From Candidatus Bathyarchaeota archaeon (GTDB lineage Archaea > Thermoproteota > Bathyarchaeia > Bathyarchaeales > Bathycorpusculaceae): a stretch of 64,000 nt of DNA. Below are positions 1-9,576 of the stretch, piece after piece; position 1 is the stretch's first letter, and each line of letters begins with the position of its first letter. A program made the translations under genes and the position numbers. The stretch is from NCBI GenBank assembly GCA_963782525.1, contig CAWAKC010000007.1:288001-352000 (forward strand), in the 5' to 3' direction. A model generated the notes under the pieces. That model was not told where the DNA came from. It worked only from the letters and a program-made list of their open reading frames with translations, and ran no database searches.

Positions 1-362
1 CACTTAGAAGAGCCAAAGTTGCTGTTTTAGGAACGGCTAACCCGTCAACGGCTACTGGTATCTTTGTTAAGATGATAGAGTTGAAGGGTGCCAAAGCCAG
101 CGTTTATGATCCCATATCAAAGATGGGTCCTCAGGATTGGCGCATAGTAAAAACCAACCTAAACGAAGCCGTCGAGGGAACGGACTGCATTGTTGTGTTG
201 ACTGGGCAGGAGCAATTCAAGAGTTTGAACTTGAAAAAACTAAAAGCCCTCATGAAAACCCCATCAGTAATCGTGGATTTAATAGGAATTTTCGAGCCAA
301 AAAAGGTGGAAGCAGAAGGCTTCATATACTGTGGGTTGGGAAGAGGAACTGATAAGACTTGA
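1..362 (+). CDS. Nucleotide-sugar dehydrogenase family, C-terminal UDP-binding domain (5' partial)
   Basis: Frame open from nt 3 (LRRAKVAVLG...VYDP...EAVEGTDCIVVLT...IVDL...GLGRG), typical of the UDPG/GDP-mannose dehydrogenase C-terminus; overlaps next gene. Confidence 0.7.
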   Translation, partial: LRRAKVAVLGTANPSTATGIFVKMIELKGAKASVYDPISKMGPQDWRIVKTNLNEAVEGTDCIVVLTGQEQFKSLNLKKLKALMKTPSVIVDLIGIFEPKKVEAEGFIYCGLGRGTDKT

Positions 363-1309
363 AGAAACTTGGCGTAGCAGTAATTGGAACGGGTCAATGG
401 GGAAAAAACCACGCCCGAGTCTACAAAGAACTACCGTCAACTGAACTTGTTGCTGTTTGCGATGTTAACGCTGAAAGAGCCAAAGCTATGGCTGCCCAAC
501 ACGGTGTAAAAGCGTACTCCGACAGCACAGAGATGCTTAAAGACAAGTCTATCGAAGCAGTAAACGTCTGCACATGGTCAACCATTCTCGCTCAAGAAGC
601 TATGAAAGCGCTTGAAGCTGGAAAGCACGTTTTAGTGGAGAAACCCATGGCAACTACTCCCCACCAGGCAGAAGAGCTGGTTCAAACCGCCAAAACAAAC
701 GGATTACATTTAACGGTGGGTTTTCTGATGCGGTTTATTCCAGGGTTGCAGATAATTCGTGAGTCCGTTGAGAACAAAAAAATCGGCGAACTCGTCTGCG
801 CAACCGCCAAACGAGTGTCTCAGTGGCCTGAACGAATCGGTGACGTCGGCGTCGTCAAAGACACCGCCATCCACGACATCGATGTCATGCGGTTCATTTC
901 AGGTCAAGACCCCATTTCCGTTTATGCGAAAATGGGCAGCATGAAAATCCAAAAATTCGAAGACTACGCCCAAATAATGCTCACCTACGCCGACGGCAAA
1001 AGCGCGTTTATCGAATCCAACTGGTTAACCCCCTACAAAACCCGCACCCTAACCGTGACGGGAAGCGATGCCATCATGCGACTAGACTACATAACGCAGG
1101 ACTTGTGGATTGAACAGCAAACCCAATCGGTGCAGCCACGTTATCCGTTCCAAGAACCCCTCAAAGCAGAACTCCAGCACTTCGTAGAATGCATTTTGGA
1201 GAAGAAAAAACCCATCGTGACTGGCGAAGACGGAGTTCGAGCTCTAACAGTTGCAACAGCAGCGCTTGAATCCTCTGCAAAAAACAAAGCAGTTGAACTA
1301 AAAAAATAG
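359..1309 (+). CDS. Gfo/Idh/MocA family oxidoreductase
   Basis: VIGTGQWG Rossmann motif, HVLVEKP, DTAIHDID. Confidence 0.92.
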   Translation: MKKLGVAVIGTGQWGKNHARVYKELPSTELVAVCDVNAERAKAMAAQHGVKAYSDSTEMLKDKSIEAVNVCTWSTILAQEAMKALEAGKHVLVEKPMATTPHQAEELVQTAKTNGLHLTVGFLMRFIPGLQIIRESVENKKIGELVCATAKRVSQWPERIGDVGVVKDTAIHDIDVMRFISGQDPISVYAKMGSMKIQKFEDYAQIMLTYADGKSAFIESNWLTPYKTRTLTVTGSDAIMRLDYITQDLWIEQQTQSVQPRYPFQEPLKAELQHFVECILEKKKPIVTGEDGVRALTVATAALESSAKNKAVELKK

Positions 1310-1312
1310 AGC

Positions 1313-1582
1313 TTATTTTAGGTTGAAGGGTTTGCCTTCAGAAACGATTTTCTGAGGAGCTTTTTCCTTCCATTTCTTGAGAAACGGCAAATCTTCGTCG
1401 GCTTTGCGCAGCTCATCAGGGAGCATTTCGGGAATTTCATCGCGTATGGGGTACCAGCGTAGGCATTTGGGGCAAACGATTAAGCCTTCGACTATTTCGT
1501 CTTTTTCTTCGAAGACGTGAAGCTCCAAAGGGTGATACTTATCGATTGGGCAGGCGAGAATTTCCATTAGTTTGCGTTTCAT
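1313..1582 (-). CDS. trm112: Trm112 family methyltransferase activator
   Basis: LMEILACPIDK...EGLIVCPKCLRWYPIRDEIPEML. Confidence 0.9.
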   Translation of the reverse strand: MKRKLMEILACPIDKYHPLELHVFEEKDEIVEGLIVCPKCLRWYPIRDEIPEMLPDELRKADEDLPFLKKWKEKAPQKIVSEGKPFNLK

Positions 1583-1636
1583 CGGATTCCACGAAATAGA
1601 ATAGTCTTTGTTGAGTTATTAAAACTTGTTTGGCAA

Positions 1637-2485
1637 CTATGTAACCTGTATGTCCAGTACGGTTTGGTACCAGTTTGGACCAGTTGGTCGCATCACCCGT
1701 GAATTAGCAATTACGTATTTTATGTCTAAGCTGTCGAGTTTTTGTGCAACCATTACCCTGGTTTTTTCTACGGGATTTTCTTTTCCTGGTGCATGCTGGA
1801 AATCGTAGAAGTGGATCCAGCCGCCTGTTGGCTTCAGAGCCGACAATGCGCAGGGGAGGTATTCGAGGGCTTTCTCTGGCAGGGGCATCAATACGCGGTC
1901 AGCGACGCCTCGCAAGTTTGCTGCAATGATGTCTTTCGCATCGCCAAGTATGGGAAAAACGCTGCCCTCGACGCAGTTGACTGTTACGTTCTCCTTCATG
2001 CATTCTATGGCGACGGGGTTAACATCTATTGAATAAACTTTGACTGGATTAACGGTTTTGGCAATTAATATGCTAAAACAGCCCACGCCCGCAAACATGT
2101 TAACCACCGTCTCGCAACGCTTAACAAAGCAAGCTATGCGCTTATGCTCAAATGAAAGTCTGGGTGAAAAATACGTTTTTTCAACATCAACCCTAAAAAA
2201 GCAACCACTTTCTCTGTGGGTGGTGACGGTTTTGTTTTCACCCGCCAACAGCATAAGCACTCTGACTCTAAAGTCGCCTGAGATGCTGGTTGCTGGTGTA
2301 AAGACGGTTTTGACGTTGCCGTGCACTCCCATTATTTGCTTTGCAATAGTTTTTGCGTTAGCGGTGTTGCTTGGTGGGATCTTGATTATAGCTATGTCAC
2401 CTATTACGTCAAAAGAACTGTACACTTTCCCCAATTCTTCTTCGGGGTGAGCATCTGAAAGTTTGTCGCGGAGCCGTTTCCTCAA
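1637..2485 (-). CDS. Trm5/Taw2 (Met-10+) family SAM-dependent tRNA-modifying transferase
   Basis: SFDVIGDIAI, YFSPRL, MFAGVG, DVNP, ADRVLMPLP. Confidence 0.88.
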   Translation of the reverse strand: MRKRLRDKLSDAHPEEELGKVYSSFDVIGDIAIIKIPPSNTANAKTIAKQIMGVHGNVKTVFTPATSISGDFRVRVLMLLAGENKTVTTHRESGCFFRVDVEKTYFSPRLSFEHKRIACFVKRCETVVNMFAGVGCFSILIAKTVNPVKVYSIDVNPVAIECMKENVTVNCVEGSVFPILGDAKDIIAANLRGVADRVLMPLPEKALEYLPCALSALKPTGGWIHFYDFQHAPGKENPVEKTRVMVAQKLDSLDIKYVIANSRVMRPTGPNWYQTVLDIQVT

Positions 2486-2562
2486 CTATTCATCCTCATT
2501 GTAGGCAAGTATTGGAAATGTTTAAAAGTAAAATGCTTTTCTTTGTAGGACAGGCGTTCTTT

Positions 2563-2724
2563 ATGGAAAAATCAGGAATTGTTTATGAATGCATGAGATG
2601 CGGTTCAAGAGTCCCATCTGAAGAGCTGGAACTACGTGGAGGAGAAACCAAATGCATCATCTGCGGCTACAGGATACTAAAGAAAGTTAAGCCACCAGTA
2701 GTTAAACGGGTTAAATCAAAATAG
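2563..2724 (+). CDS. rpoP: RNA polymerase subunit Rpo12 (P)
   Basis: YECMRCG...KCIICGYRILKK zinc ribbon; ATG at 2563. Confidence 0.9.
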   Translation: MEKSGIVYECMRCGSRVPSEELELRGGETKCIICGYRILKKVKPPVVKRVKSK

Positions 2725-2778
2725 AAATGGGAAACTCGTGCTTTTACACGAGCAAATTTTTGTTTTAAACATTATTTT

Positions 2779-3093
2779 TTAGTAGAAGTCTTGGTCTCCA
2801 AGTTTACGCAGCGCTTTTCCCTTTAGTTTAACCGCTGAGTCTTCAGGGAATTCGTCGTCTATTTCTTTTTCAACTGTTTTTCGTTTGACGGTTTCGCCGC
2901 AGATTCCGCCGGGCAACATGCGTCGCTTAAAACACATCGAGTATGTGCATTTTGCAACGTTACATTGTTCCTCGGTTTCTCTGCACCAAACAGAGTCGCG
3001 TCGGTAGAAAACGGAGTTTTTTGCACATTTGAATGATTGACACGCGGGAGAACAAGCTTTTGATTGAGCCAACAGATACACCTCAATTGTCAA
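2779..3093 (-). CDS. Cys-rich hypothetical protein
   Basis: 104 aa, about 8 Cys, charged tail; start uncertain. Confidence 0.65.
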   Translation of the reverse strand: MTIEVYLLAQSKACSPACQSFKCAKNSVFYRRDSVWCRETEEQCNVAKCTYSMCFKRRMLPGGICGETVKRKTVEKEIDDEFPEDSAVKLKGKALRKLGDQDFY

Positions 3094-3180
3094 TTCAAAA
3101 TGTTGTGTTTTGTACTGGTCTTTAGTTTTCCATTATTGATTTGAATGAGATATAAACTTTATTCTAATAAAAGGAAAAAT

Positions 3181-5262
3181 TTAGGTTGCCGCCGCATGTT
3201 TAACTCTTCTTCGCCGGTAGATCTCAACGATCGCGAACAATATCATGGCTAATACAACTATCAGTACGGTGAAGAGGGAGCTGGTTGGTATCAGCATTGA
3301 ACCAAAAGCAACATACTTGTCAATTTTTATTTGAACAATAGTCGACTGGTCAACAGTGACTGTAATTGCTTGGGAAGCATCCTGTGTTCCTGAAGGTTGA
3401 GCGATTATTTGCATGTTGCCGCCGATTATGTTGTTAAAGGTGGCTTTTCCGTTGCTCTGAGTGACCGCTGAGGCGTGTAAGGGACCATTTAACGTCACGT
3501 TTGCGTTAGAGACTGGCGATCCAAAAAAGTCAACTACTGAAACTGAAAGTTGAATACCGTAAAGTGTACAGTGGATTTGCTGTTGACTACTACTAAAGAC
3601 ATCCACGTTTGTTTCGTTGATTAGAGTCGTATCCTTGAAGACTCTTGCACGGTACATACCAAAGGTAGCTTGTATTGTGGCTGCACCATTGCTGTCAGTT
3701 GTTGCAGAATAGAACAAGCCATTCGATAACTCTACTAGTTCTATTCGTGCATTGGGAATTGGTTCTTGGTTAGAGCCAACGATGTTTAAGTTCAGGGTTT
3801 CGCTTGGGCAAATTACGAACACTTGAGCAGTTGCTTGAGTTGGCAAGTTGCTTACTGTGTTGTTGCCTGCGTTGAAGATTTGTTTGTAGATTGAAGCATC
3901 TATAGTGTATGTCGCTCCGGCAAAGCCCGAGGTTAATGTGTAGGTTCCTGCGGAGTCTGTTTGACCTGTCGCACTTCCAGTCTTTGTTCCCGAACCACTT
4001 TGATAGCGGTAGGATACGGTTAAGTCGACAAAGGGCATGGCGACGCCATTAGTGGTTATTACTGTTATTTTGATGTTCGTTAACTGACAACTTAAAGTGA
4101 AGGATGCATCGCCACTGACAGTCACAGTTTGGCTTCCAACATTAACGGCATTCCAGAAAGCCGTGAGGACCTGCGCACCTGATTCAAGCTTAAAGTTTGC
4201 AATCCCATTTGAATCGCTGGTAACATTGTAAACAGAGTTAGTGGCGGAATCTACAGCTGAAATAGCTATTCCCCCAACGGCTTGACCCGCCAAATTGTTT
4301 GTTTGAACCTTAATATTGTAGCCCGGAACCGTAAAAGTTTCTGAGTCAGATATTCCCTTTTGAGTATCTTGAGGTGTTATTTTTATGGTGTAGTCGCCAA
4401 CGGCGGCATTTGATGAAACCACCCAGTTTGCTGTGATTACGCCTTCGGCTGAAGCAATTACAGGAGCGGTATAGATAGCAGTAACAGAGTTAATGTTCGT
4501 TATAGTGAGGGTTGCAGCTTCGTTAGCTGCGTAATCTGTCGCTCTAACGTTCACAGTTTGACCCCTATGGTAAGATGTTGAATCGATAAAGTTTACTGCA
4601 AAAGAGTTCTGAGCTAAAGACTGCGATTGGTTAAAGTACAATGTGTAGGTTCCCGCATAGTCGGTTAGTGAACCGCTTGGTACAAAACTGCTGTCTGGAA
4701 AAGTTACCTGTGCATTCGCAGTTCCAACGGAGTTAGCTTCGCCCAAATTAACGTTCTTTGTGTACACTATGCCAAGAGGACTTGGAAGAGCAACCCCGAC
4801 AACTGCGTTGTATGAAGTGCCCAATGAACCGCCTGAGACAGTAACGTTTAGCACAACACTGCCGCCTTCTTGTACCGATGAAGGAACAGCATTTATCGCA
4901 TAGTTCGTTGTAACGGTGAATTGCTTAGTTGAGTTAATGTTTATTGCAACATCTTGAAGAATCAACGCATAGGATCCGCTTAACAGTTGGGGAACTGTGA
5001 AGTTTGTTTCAACATAGTAACCTTGGGATTTTCCGCTGGCAACCAAAGTTTTGCCTACAAAAAGTTGGTAGGAACCGTTAGAAGTGTAGAGGGTTCCAAT
5101 GACATTAATGCTTGACCCGACTTGACCTGATGCTGTGCTGGGAGTAATTTGGAGCAGGTTAACACCAAGGTTTGTGTTCTGAGCATAAACTTCTACGGGC
5201 AAAACCACTGCGGCAAAAGTAATAATGAATAGGATGGTGACTGTGATAATTTTCTTGTTCAA
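3181..5262 (-). CDS. Secreted, membrane-anchored beta-sandwich repeat surface protein (carboxypeptidase-regulatory-like domains)
   Basis: Signal peptide, repeated T/SDSNG-type motifs, Thr/Ser/Asn-rich, C-terminal TM helix followed by RRRR. Confidence 0.8.
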   Translation of the reverse strand: MNKKIITVTILFIITFAAVVLPVEVYAQNTNLGVNLLQITPSTASGQVGSSINVIGTLYTSNGSYQLFVGKTLVASGKSQGYYVETNFTVPQLLSGSYALILQDVAININSTKQFTVTTNYAINAVPSSVQEGGSVVLNVTVSGGSLGTSYNAVVGVALPSPLGIVYTKNVNLGEANSVGTANAQVTFPDSSFVPSGSLTDYAGTYTLYFNQSQSLAQNSFAVNFIDSTSYHRGQTVNVRATDYAANEAATLTITNINSVTAIYTAPVIASAEGVITANWVVSSNAAVGDYTIKITPQDTQKGISDSETFTVPGYNIKVQTNNLAGQAVGGIAISAVDSATNSVYNVTSDSNGIANFKLESGAQVLTAFWNAVNVGSQTVTVSGDASFTLSCQLTNIKITVITTNGVAMPFVDLTVSYRYQSGSGTKTGSATGQTDSAGTYTLTSGFAGATYTIDASIYKQIFNAGNNTVSNLPTQATAQVFVICPSETLNLNIVGSNQEPIPNARIELVELSNGLFYSATTDSNGAATIQATFGMYRARVFKDTTLINETNVDVFSSSQQQIHCTLYGIQLSVSVVDFFGSPVSNANVTLNGPLHASAVTQSNGKATFNNIIGGNMQIIAQPSGTQDASQAITVTVDQSTIVQIKIDKYVAFGSMLIPTSSLFTVLIVVLAMILFAIVEIYRRRRVKHAAAT

Positions 5263-5462
5263 ACCACTCGCTCTCCCAAATAGGTAGCCAACATTGCTTG
5301 ATGCTCATGATTTAACCTAGGGATGATTTTAAACTTTACCATTCAACCCTCAAACCCAAGCCCTAAACCTGCCAAACAGCTTAAACAAGGTTTACAAGCA
5401 GAAAATGGCTTTTGGACAATAGGGATTTTTAAAAGACGCTTTTCTAATGTAACAGAAACTCG

Positions 5463-6434
5463 GTGTACTCCTTGGAAAACCAATCTGCCTCTCCGCTTCT
5501 TACTGCGCTCAAGAAGCAAAAGTACCATCTCATCGGAAGTCACTCGGCGGTTAAACGGTGCAAGTGGCTCTACGAATCCATAGTTAACGGCAGAGTCTGC
5601 TACAAACAGAAGTTCTATGGCATCCAATCTCACCGTTGCATCCAGATGACGCCTTCGCTGTACTCCTGCACACAGCAGTGCCTGTTTTGCTGGAGAGCCC
5701 AGAGCGGGGACTTGGATGTTACTTGGGATGAGATGAAAAACCCAGGCAAGGATACTCCTGAAGAAATCGTTGAGGGCTGTTTTAGGGCGCAAGAAAAAAT
5801 TTTGACGGGTTATAAGGGTAATGAAAAAGCAGATTGGCGCAAACTGCAAGAAGCGCAAAGACCCAAACAAGTTGCCATCAGCTTAACGGGTGAACCAACA
5901 CTTTATGATCCGCTTGGCGAATTAATCCGCAATTTCCACCAGAAGGGCTTAACCACATTTCTTGTTTCCAACGGTACCCTGCCGTCTAAACTTTCCAAGT
6001 TAAGCCAAGAACCAACACAACTCTACATGTCCCTCTGCGCACCAAACGAACAAGTCTACAAACAAGTCTGCCGACCCCTCTTTCCAGGCGCTTGGGCGAA
6101 AGTGAATGAAACGTTGGGTTTGCTGCAGAGCTTTCGCTGCCCCACAGTGATTCGCACCACATTGGTAAAGGATCACAACATGGACTTGGTTGATGGGTAT
6201 GCTAAACTTGTCGAGAAAGCTAATCCGACCTACGTCGAAGTGAAAGCTTACATGCACATCGGCTTTAGCAGCTTGCGATTGGGCTTCGACCGCATGCCCA
6301 TGCATAACGAAGTCAAAGATTTTGCAAACCATTTAGCTGAGAAAACGGGTTACAAGGTTATTAATGAGGCGCCAGAGAGCCGTGTGGTACTGTTGAGTCG
6401 GTTGGAGAAGCCGATTCAGGTTTCGGCTAATTAA
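5463..6434 (+). CDS. taw1: 4-demethylwyosine synthase Taw1/Tyw1 (radical SAM)
   Basis: HSAVKRCKW, CYKQKFYGIQSHRC, CTQQCLFCWR, ISLTGEPTLY. Confidence 0.95.
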   Translation: MYSLENQSASPLLTALKKQKYHLIGSHSAVKRCKWLYESIVNGRVCYKQKFYGIQSHRCIQMTPSLYSCTQQCLFCWRAQSGDLDVTWDEMKNPGKDTPEEIVEGCFRAQEKILTGYKGNEKADWRKLQEAQRPKQVAISLTGEPTLYDPLGELIRNFHQKGLTTFLVSNGTLPSKLSKLSQEPTQLYMSLCAPNEQVYKQVCRPLFPGAWAKVNETLGLLQSFRCPTVIRTTLVKDHNMDLVDGYAKLVEKANPTYVEVKAYMHIGFSSLRLGFDRMPMHNEVKDFANHLAEKTGYKVINEAPESRVVLLSRLEKPIQVSAN

Positions 6435-6534
6435 GGCTTGCTTGAAGCACTTTTAAATGTTGACTGTGAGTTTGGATAAACTTAAATACGGTTTTTTCCC
6501 ATAGTAGTTAACCGTTCAATAGGTTGGGCAATTT

Positions 6535-6729
6535 ATGGTAAGCGAAGGAAGAGGACGGTTATTCAAAAGGAAAGACGGCAAATACCTTGTTTATTTGCCG
6601 AAGGATTTAGCGGAGGACAGTATGTTTCCGTTTAAGGGTGGAGACACAGTCTTTGTTAAGGTCAGCTTCTCTTTGGGCGACCGCAGATTGACGGTTGAAA
6701 AATGGGCAGCAGGCGTCCAGCAGCCATAG
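6535..6729 (+). CDS. Small AbrB/SpoVT-like DNA-binding protein
   Basis: KYLVYLPKDL...FPFKGGDTVFV pattern; TATA-like CTTAAATA at 6481. Confidence 0.6.
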   Translation: MVSEGRGRLFKRKDGKYLVYLPKDLAEDSMFPFKGGDTVFVKVSFSLGDRRLTVEKWAAGVQQP

Positions 6730-6782
6730 TCTGTGTAAGAAATTGAAATAAGCAACCACCCCAATCTTCTAGCGGTGCAATT

Positions 6783-7442
6783 TTGTCTTCATTAGAAACC
6801 ATAATCCAAACCATAAAAACTGAGCTTATGCAGAAAAACCAGATCCGCGAAGACACACACGAAGCCATGCGCAAAGCCACCAGCCTCTCTAAACAGGCGA
6901 TTCTGCTAATTCATCAAAAAAGGCTTGAAGACGCCGCAGCAATGGTTAAGTGCGCAAAAGAAAAAATCGTTAACCTTCAAACACAAGCCAAACAGTACCC
7001 AGAAATCATCTACGGCGGCATGCTCAGCGCAGCATTCCAAGAGTACTCAGAAGCAAACATTTTTTTAGTTTTAGTTAAAGAAGACAGGCTTGTGACTCCA
7101 ATCGAAATTAACGTGCCCTCGGTCGATTACGTTTTGGGTTTAGCTGACGTTATTGGCGAATACAGACGTTTAGCATTGGATAATTTGCGTGAAGGCGAAG
7201 TAAAGAAGGGCGAGAGGTGCCTTGAAATCATGGATGATATATTCATTCAACTGTTAGCGCTCGACGAAGCCTATATGCTCGTTCCCGGCCTTCGACACAA
7301 ATCAGACACCGCAAGAAGAATCATAGAATCAACACGCGGCGACATCACCCTTGAGGTCCGCAGAAAATCCCTTGAAGACCAACTCAAACGGTTTGAACCA
7401 GCAAAATCTGCCAAACTTAAACCCCGAAAGGACAAACCCTAA
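6783..7442 (+). CDS. Translin/Trax (C3PO-like) family protein
   Basis: QEYSEA and DYVLGLADVIGEYRR motifs, LRHKSD. Confidence 0.9.
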   Translation: MSSLETIIQTIKTELMQKNQIREDTHEAMRKATSLSKQAILLIHQKRLEDAAAMVKCAKEKIVNLQTQAKQYPEIIYGGMLSAAFQEYSEANIFLVLVKEDRLVTPIEINVPSVDYVLGLADVIGEYRRLALDNLREGEVKKGERCLEIMDDIFIQLLALDEAYMLVPGLRHKSDTARRIIESTRGDITLEVRRKSLEDQLKRFEPAKSAKLKPRKDKP

Positions 7443-7444
7443 AA

Positions 7445-8131
7445 TTGACCAAGCTTTCCAAGAATTTCTCCGTAAAAAAAGCACACAACACACAGGTTTG
7501 CTTATCAAAAAAGCTGATTTTACAGGATAGGCCGCCGCAGAGAATCCGAACAGTCGGCGGTGTGGATGTTTCATAAGTTGGCACCGTCGGAATTGGTGCC
7601 GTAACAATATTAGATTACGAATCTTTGGAACGTTTAGAAGCCCAAGTGGCAATTTGCGAGGTTAAAATGCCCTACATTCCGACACTACTGTCGTTTAGGG
7701 AAATCCCGCCTGCCATGGCAGCAATCAAAAAACTAAAGATTCAGCTGGATGTTTTTCTAGTTGATGCCCAAGGATTCGCTCATCCCTACAGATGCGGGTT
7801 CGCCAGTCTCCTTGGCTTAGCGCAGAGAAAACCGACGATTGGCGCGGCAAAAAGCAGGTTAATTGGCACGGAAATGGAGAGGGACGGCAAGACATTGCTG
7901 GTTAATAATGACAAGGTTATCGGTGAAGTTGTAACCACAAAGCCAGACGCTAAACCCATCTACGTGAGCATTGGCCACATGGTCTCACTTGAAACCGCCG
8001 TAGAAATCGCCAAGCACTGTGCAAAAGGCAGAATTCCCGAGCCACTGCTGCAAGCCCACAATTTAGCAACAAAAACACGAATTCAGCTGACAAACAAAAG
8101 CAAAGTAAATAACCCAACACACCTAAACTAA
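7445..8131 (+). pseudogene. nfi: Endonuclease V interrupted by an in-frame TAA
   Basis: TTG at 7445 reads ...VGGVDVS*VG... with TAA at 7574-7576, in frame with PYIPTLLSFRE, VDAQGFAHP, IGAAKS, PIYVSIGH, RIPEP. Confidence 0.85.
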
Positions 8132-8147
8132 ACCTGAGAGTGAATGC

Positions 8148-8480
8148 ATGGCTGAAGAAATAACATTCGCCGAATTCCAAAAAATAGACCTCCGCATAGG
8201 AAAAATCATCGAAGCAACCCAAGTTCCAGAATCAAAAAAACTAATCAAAATCATAGTTGATTTTGGCTCAGAAAAGCGTCAAGCCGTCGCTGGTTTGCTC
8301 AAGTACTACAAGCCTGAGGAGCTCGTGGGCAAAAAATGCGTTTTCCTCCTAAACCTGCAACGGCGCATGCTTGCAGGCATTGAATCGCAGTGCATGGTTT
8401 TAGCCGCTGAAGATGAAGCGGGCAACGTTGTGGTTTTGCAGCCAGAAAAAGATATTGCGGAAGGCAGTAAAATCGGTTAA
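8148..8480 (+). CDS. Stand-alone OB-fold tRNA-binding domain (MetRS C-terminal / Trbp111 / CsaA)
   Basis: IDLRIGKI, NLQRRMLAGIESQCMVLA. Confidence 0.9.
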   Translation: MAEEITFAEFQKIDLRIGKIIEATQVPESKKLIKIIVDFGSEKRQAVAGLLKYYKPEELVGKKCVFLLNLQRRMLAGIESQCMVLAAEDEAGNVVVLQPEKDIAEGSKIG

Positions 8481-8568
8481 TCCAGACTCAAATTCCCAGT
8501 TTTTTGGTAGGGAAAGATAAAATAGTAATTAGAGCAAGTATTCAGTAGTTTATTTGGAAGGTTAACTT

Positions 8569-9576
8569 ATGGCTGTTAATGAAGAAGCACTTATGTGGGT
8601 CGAGAAATACCGCCCCAAAACCCTCGACGAGGTCGTTGGATTAAAAGACATCATTGAGAGTATCAAAGCGTTCATGAAGAACCCAAAAACTATGCCGCAC
8701 CTCATGCTGGCCGGGATTCCGGGCACAGGGAAAACCACCATAGCCCTCGCTATCGCGCACACCCTCTACGGCGCGAATTGGCGAAACTTCACTTTAGAAT
8801 TGAACGCTTCTGACGAGAGAGGAATCGACACCGTCCGCGAGAGAATCAAAGATTTCTCAAGATACAGCCGCTCAAGCTTCGGCGAGATACCGTTCTCATT
8901 AATAATACTCGACGAATGTGACCAGATGACTGGCCCCGCTCAAACGGCACTAAGACGCATAATGGAAACCAGCAGCCGCACCTCCAGGTTCATCTTAATC
9001 TGTAACCAATCCAGCAAAATCATCGAGCCCATCCAAAGCCGCTGCGCTATCTTCCGCTTCTCACGTCTAGACAAACAAGCCATGAAAGAACATCTACAAT
9101 GCATCGCCAAAAGAGAAAACGTAACCTTGCTGCCTGAAGCCGCAGATAAAATTGTGGATTTCTCGGAAGGCGACCTAAGGCACGCTATAAACGCGTTACA
9201 GACTGCTTCAGCTTACAAGGATGGCTGCGTAGACGACAAAACGGTTGCGTTAGTCATCGGTGAAGCCAGCCCAAGCCAAGTACAAAAGATGATACGGAAA
9301 GCACTCTATGGTGATTTCATTGAATCACGCAAAACAATGTATGAAATAATGGGTTCATTCGGCTTCTCGGGTTCAGAAATTATCCGCCAAATCCAGCGTG
9401 AAATCTTCAAAATGTCCGATTTAACACCCGAACAGAAAGCAGAGCTCTCAAACATAATAGGAGACTATGACTTCCGCTTGACGCAGGGCGCAAACAGCGA
9501 TATTCAACTAAGCGCTTTGTTGGCGCAGTTTGGAAAGTTTGGGAAGAACGTAGAGGAAACTTATGCAGGCAAATGA
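8569..9576 (+). CDS. rfcS: Replication factor C small subunit
   Basis: WVEKYRP, GIPGTGKT, LELNASDERG, LDECD, IQSRC. Confidence 0.97.
   Translation: MAVNEEALMWVEKYRPKTLDEVVGLKDIIESIKAFMKNPKTMPHLMLAGIPGTGKTTIALAIAHTLYGANWRNFTLELNASDERGIDTVRERIKDFSRYSRSSFGEIPFSLIILDECDQMTGPAQTALRRIMETSSRTSRFILICNQSSKIIEPIQSRCAIFRFSRLDKQAMKEHLQCIAKRENVTLLPEAADKIVDFSEGDLRHAINALQTASAYKDGCVDDKTVALVIGEASPSQVQKMIRKALYGDFIESRKTMYEIMGSFGFSGSEIIRQIQREIFKMSDLTPEQKAELSNIIGDYDFRLTQGANSDIQLSALLAQFGKFGKNVEETYAGK

Noticed and set aside
6535-6729. Toxin-antitoxin pair
   Set aside because: The AbrB-like gene has no adjacent toxin; the downstream gene is translin
7574-7576. Programmed recoding in EndoV
   Set aside because: The codon is TAA, one base from Tyr, and TAA is a normal stop throughout the window
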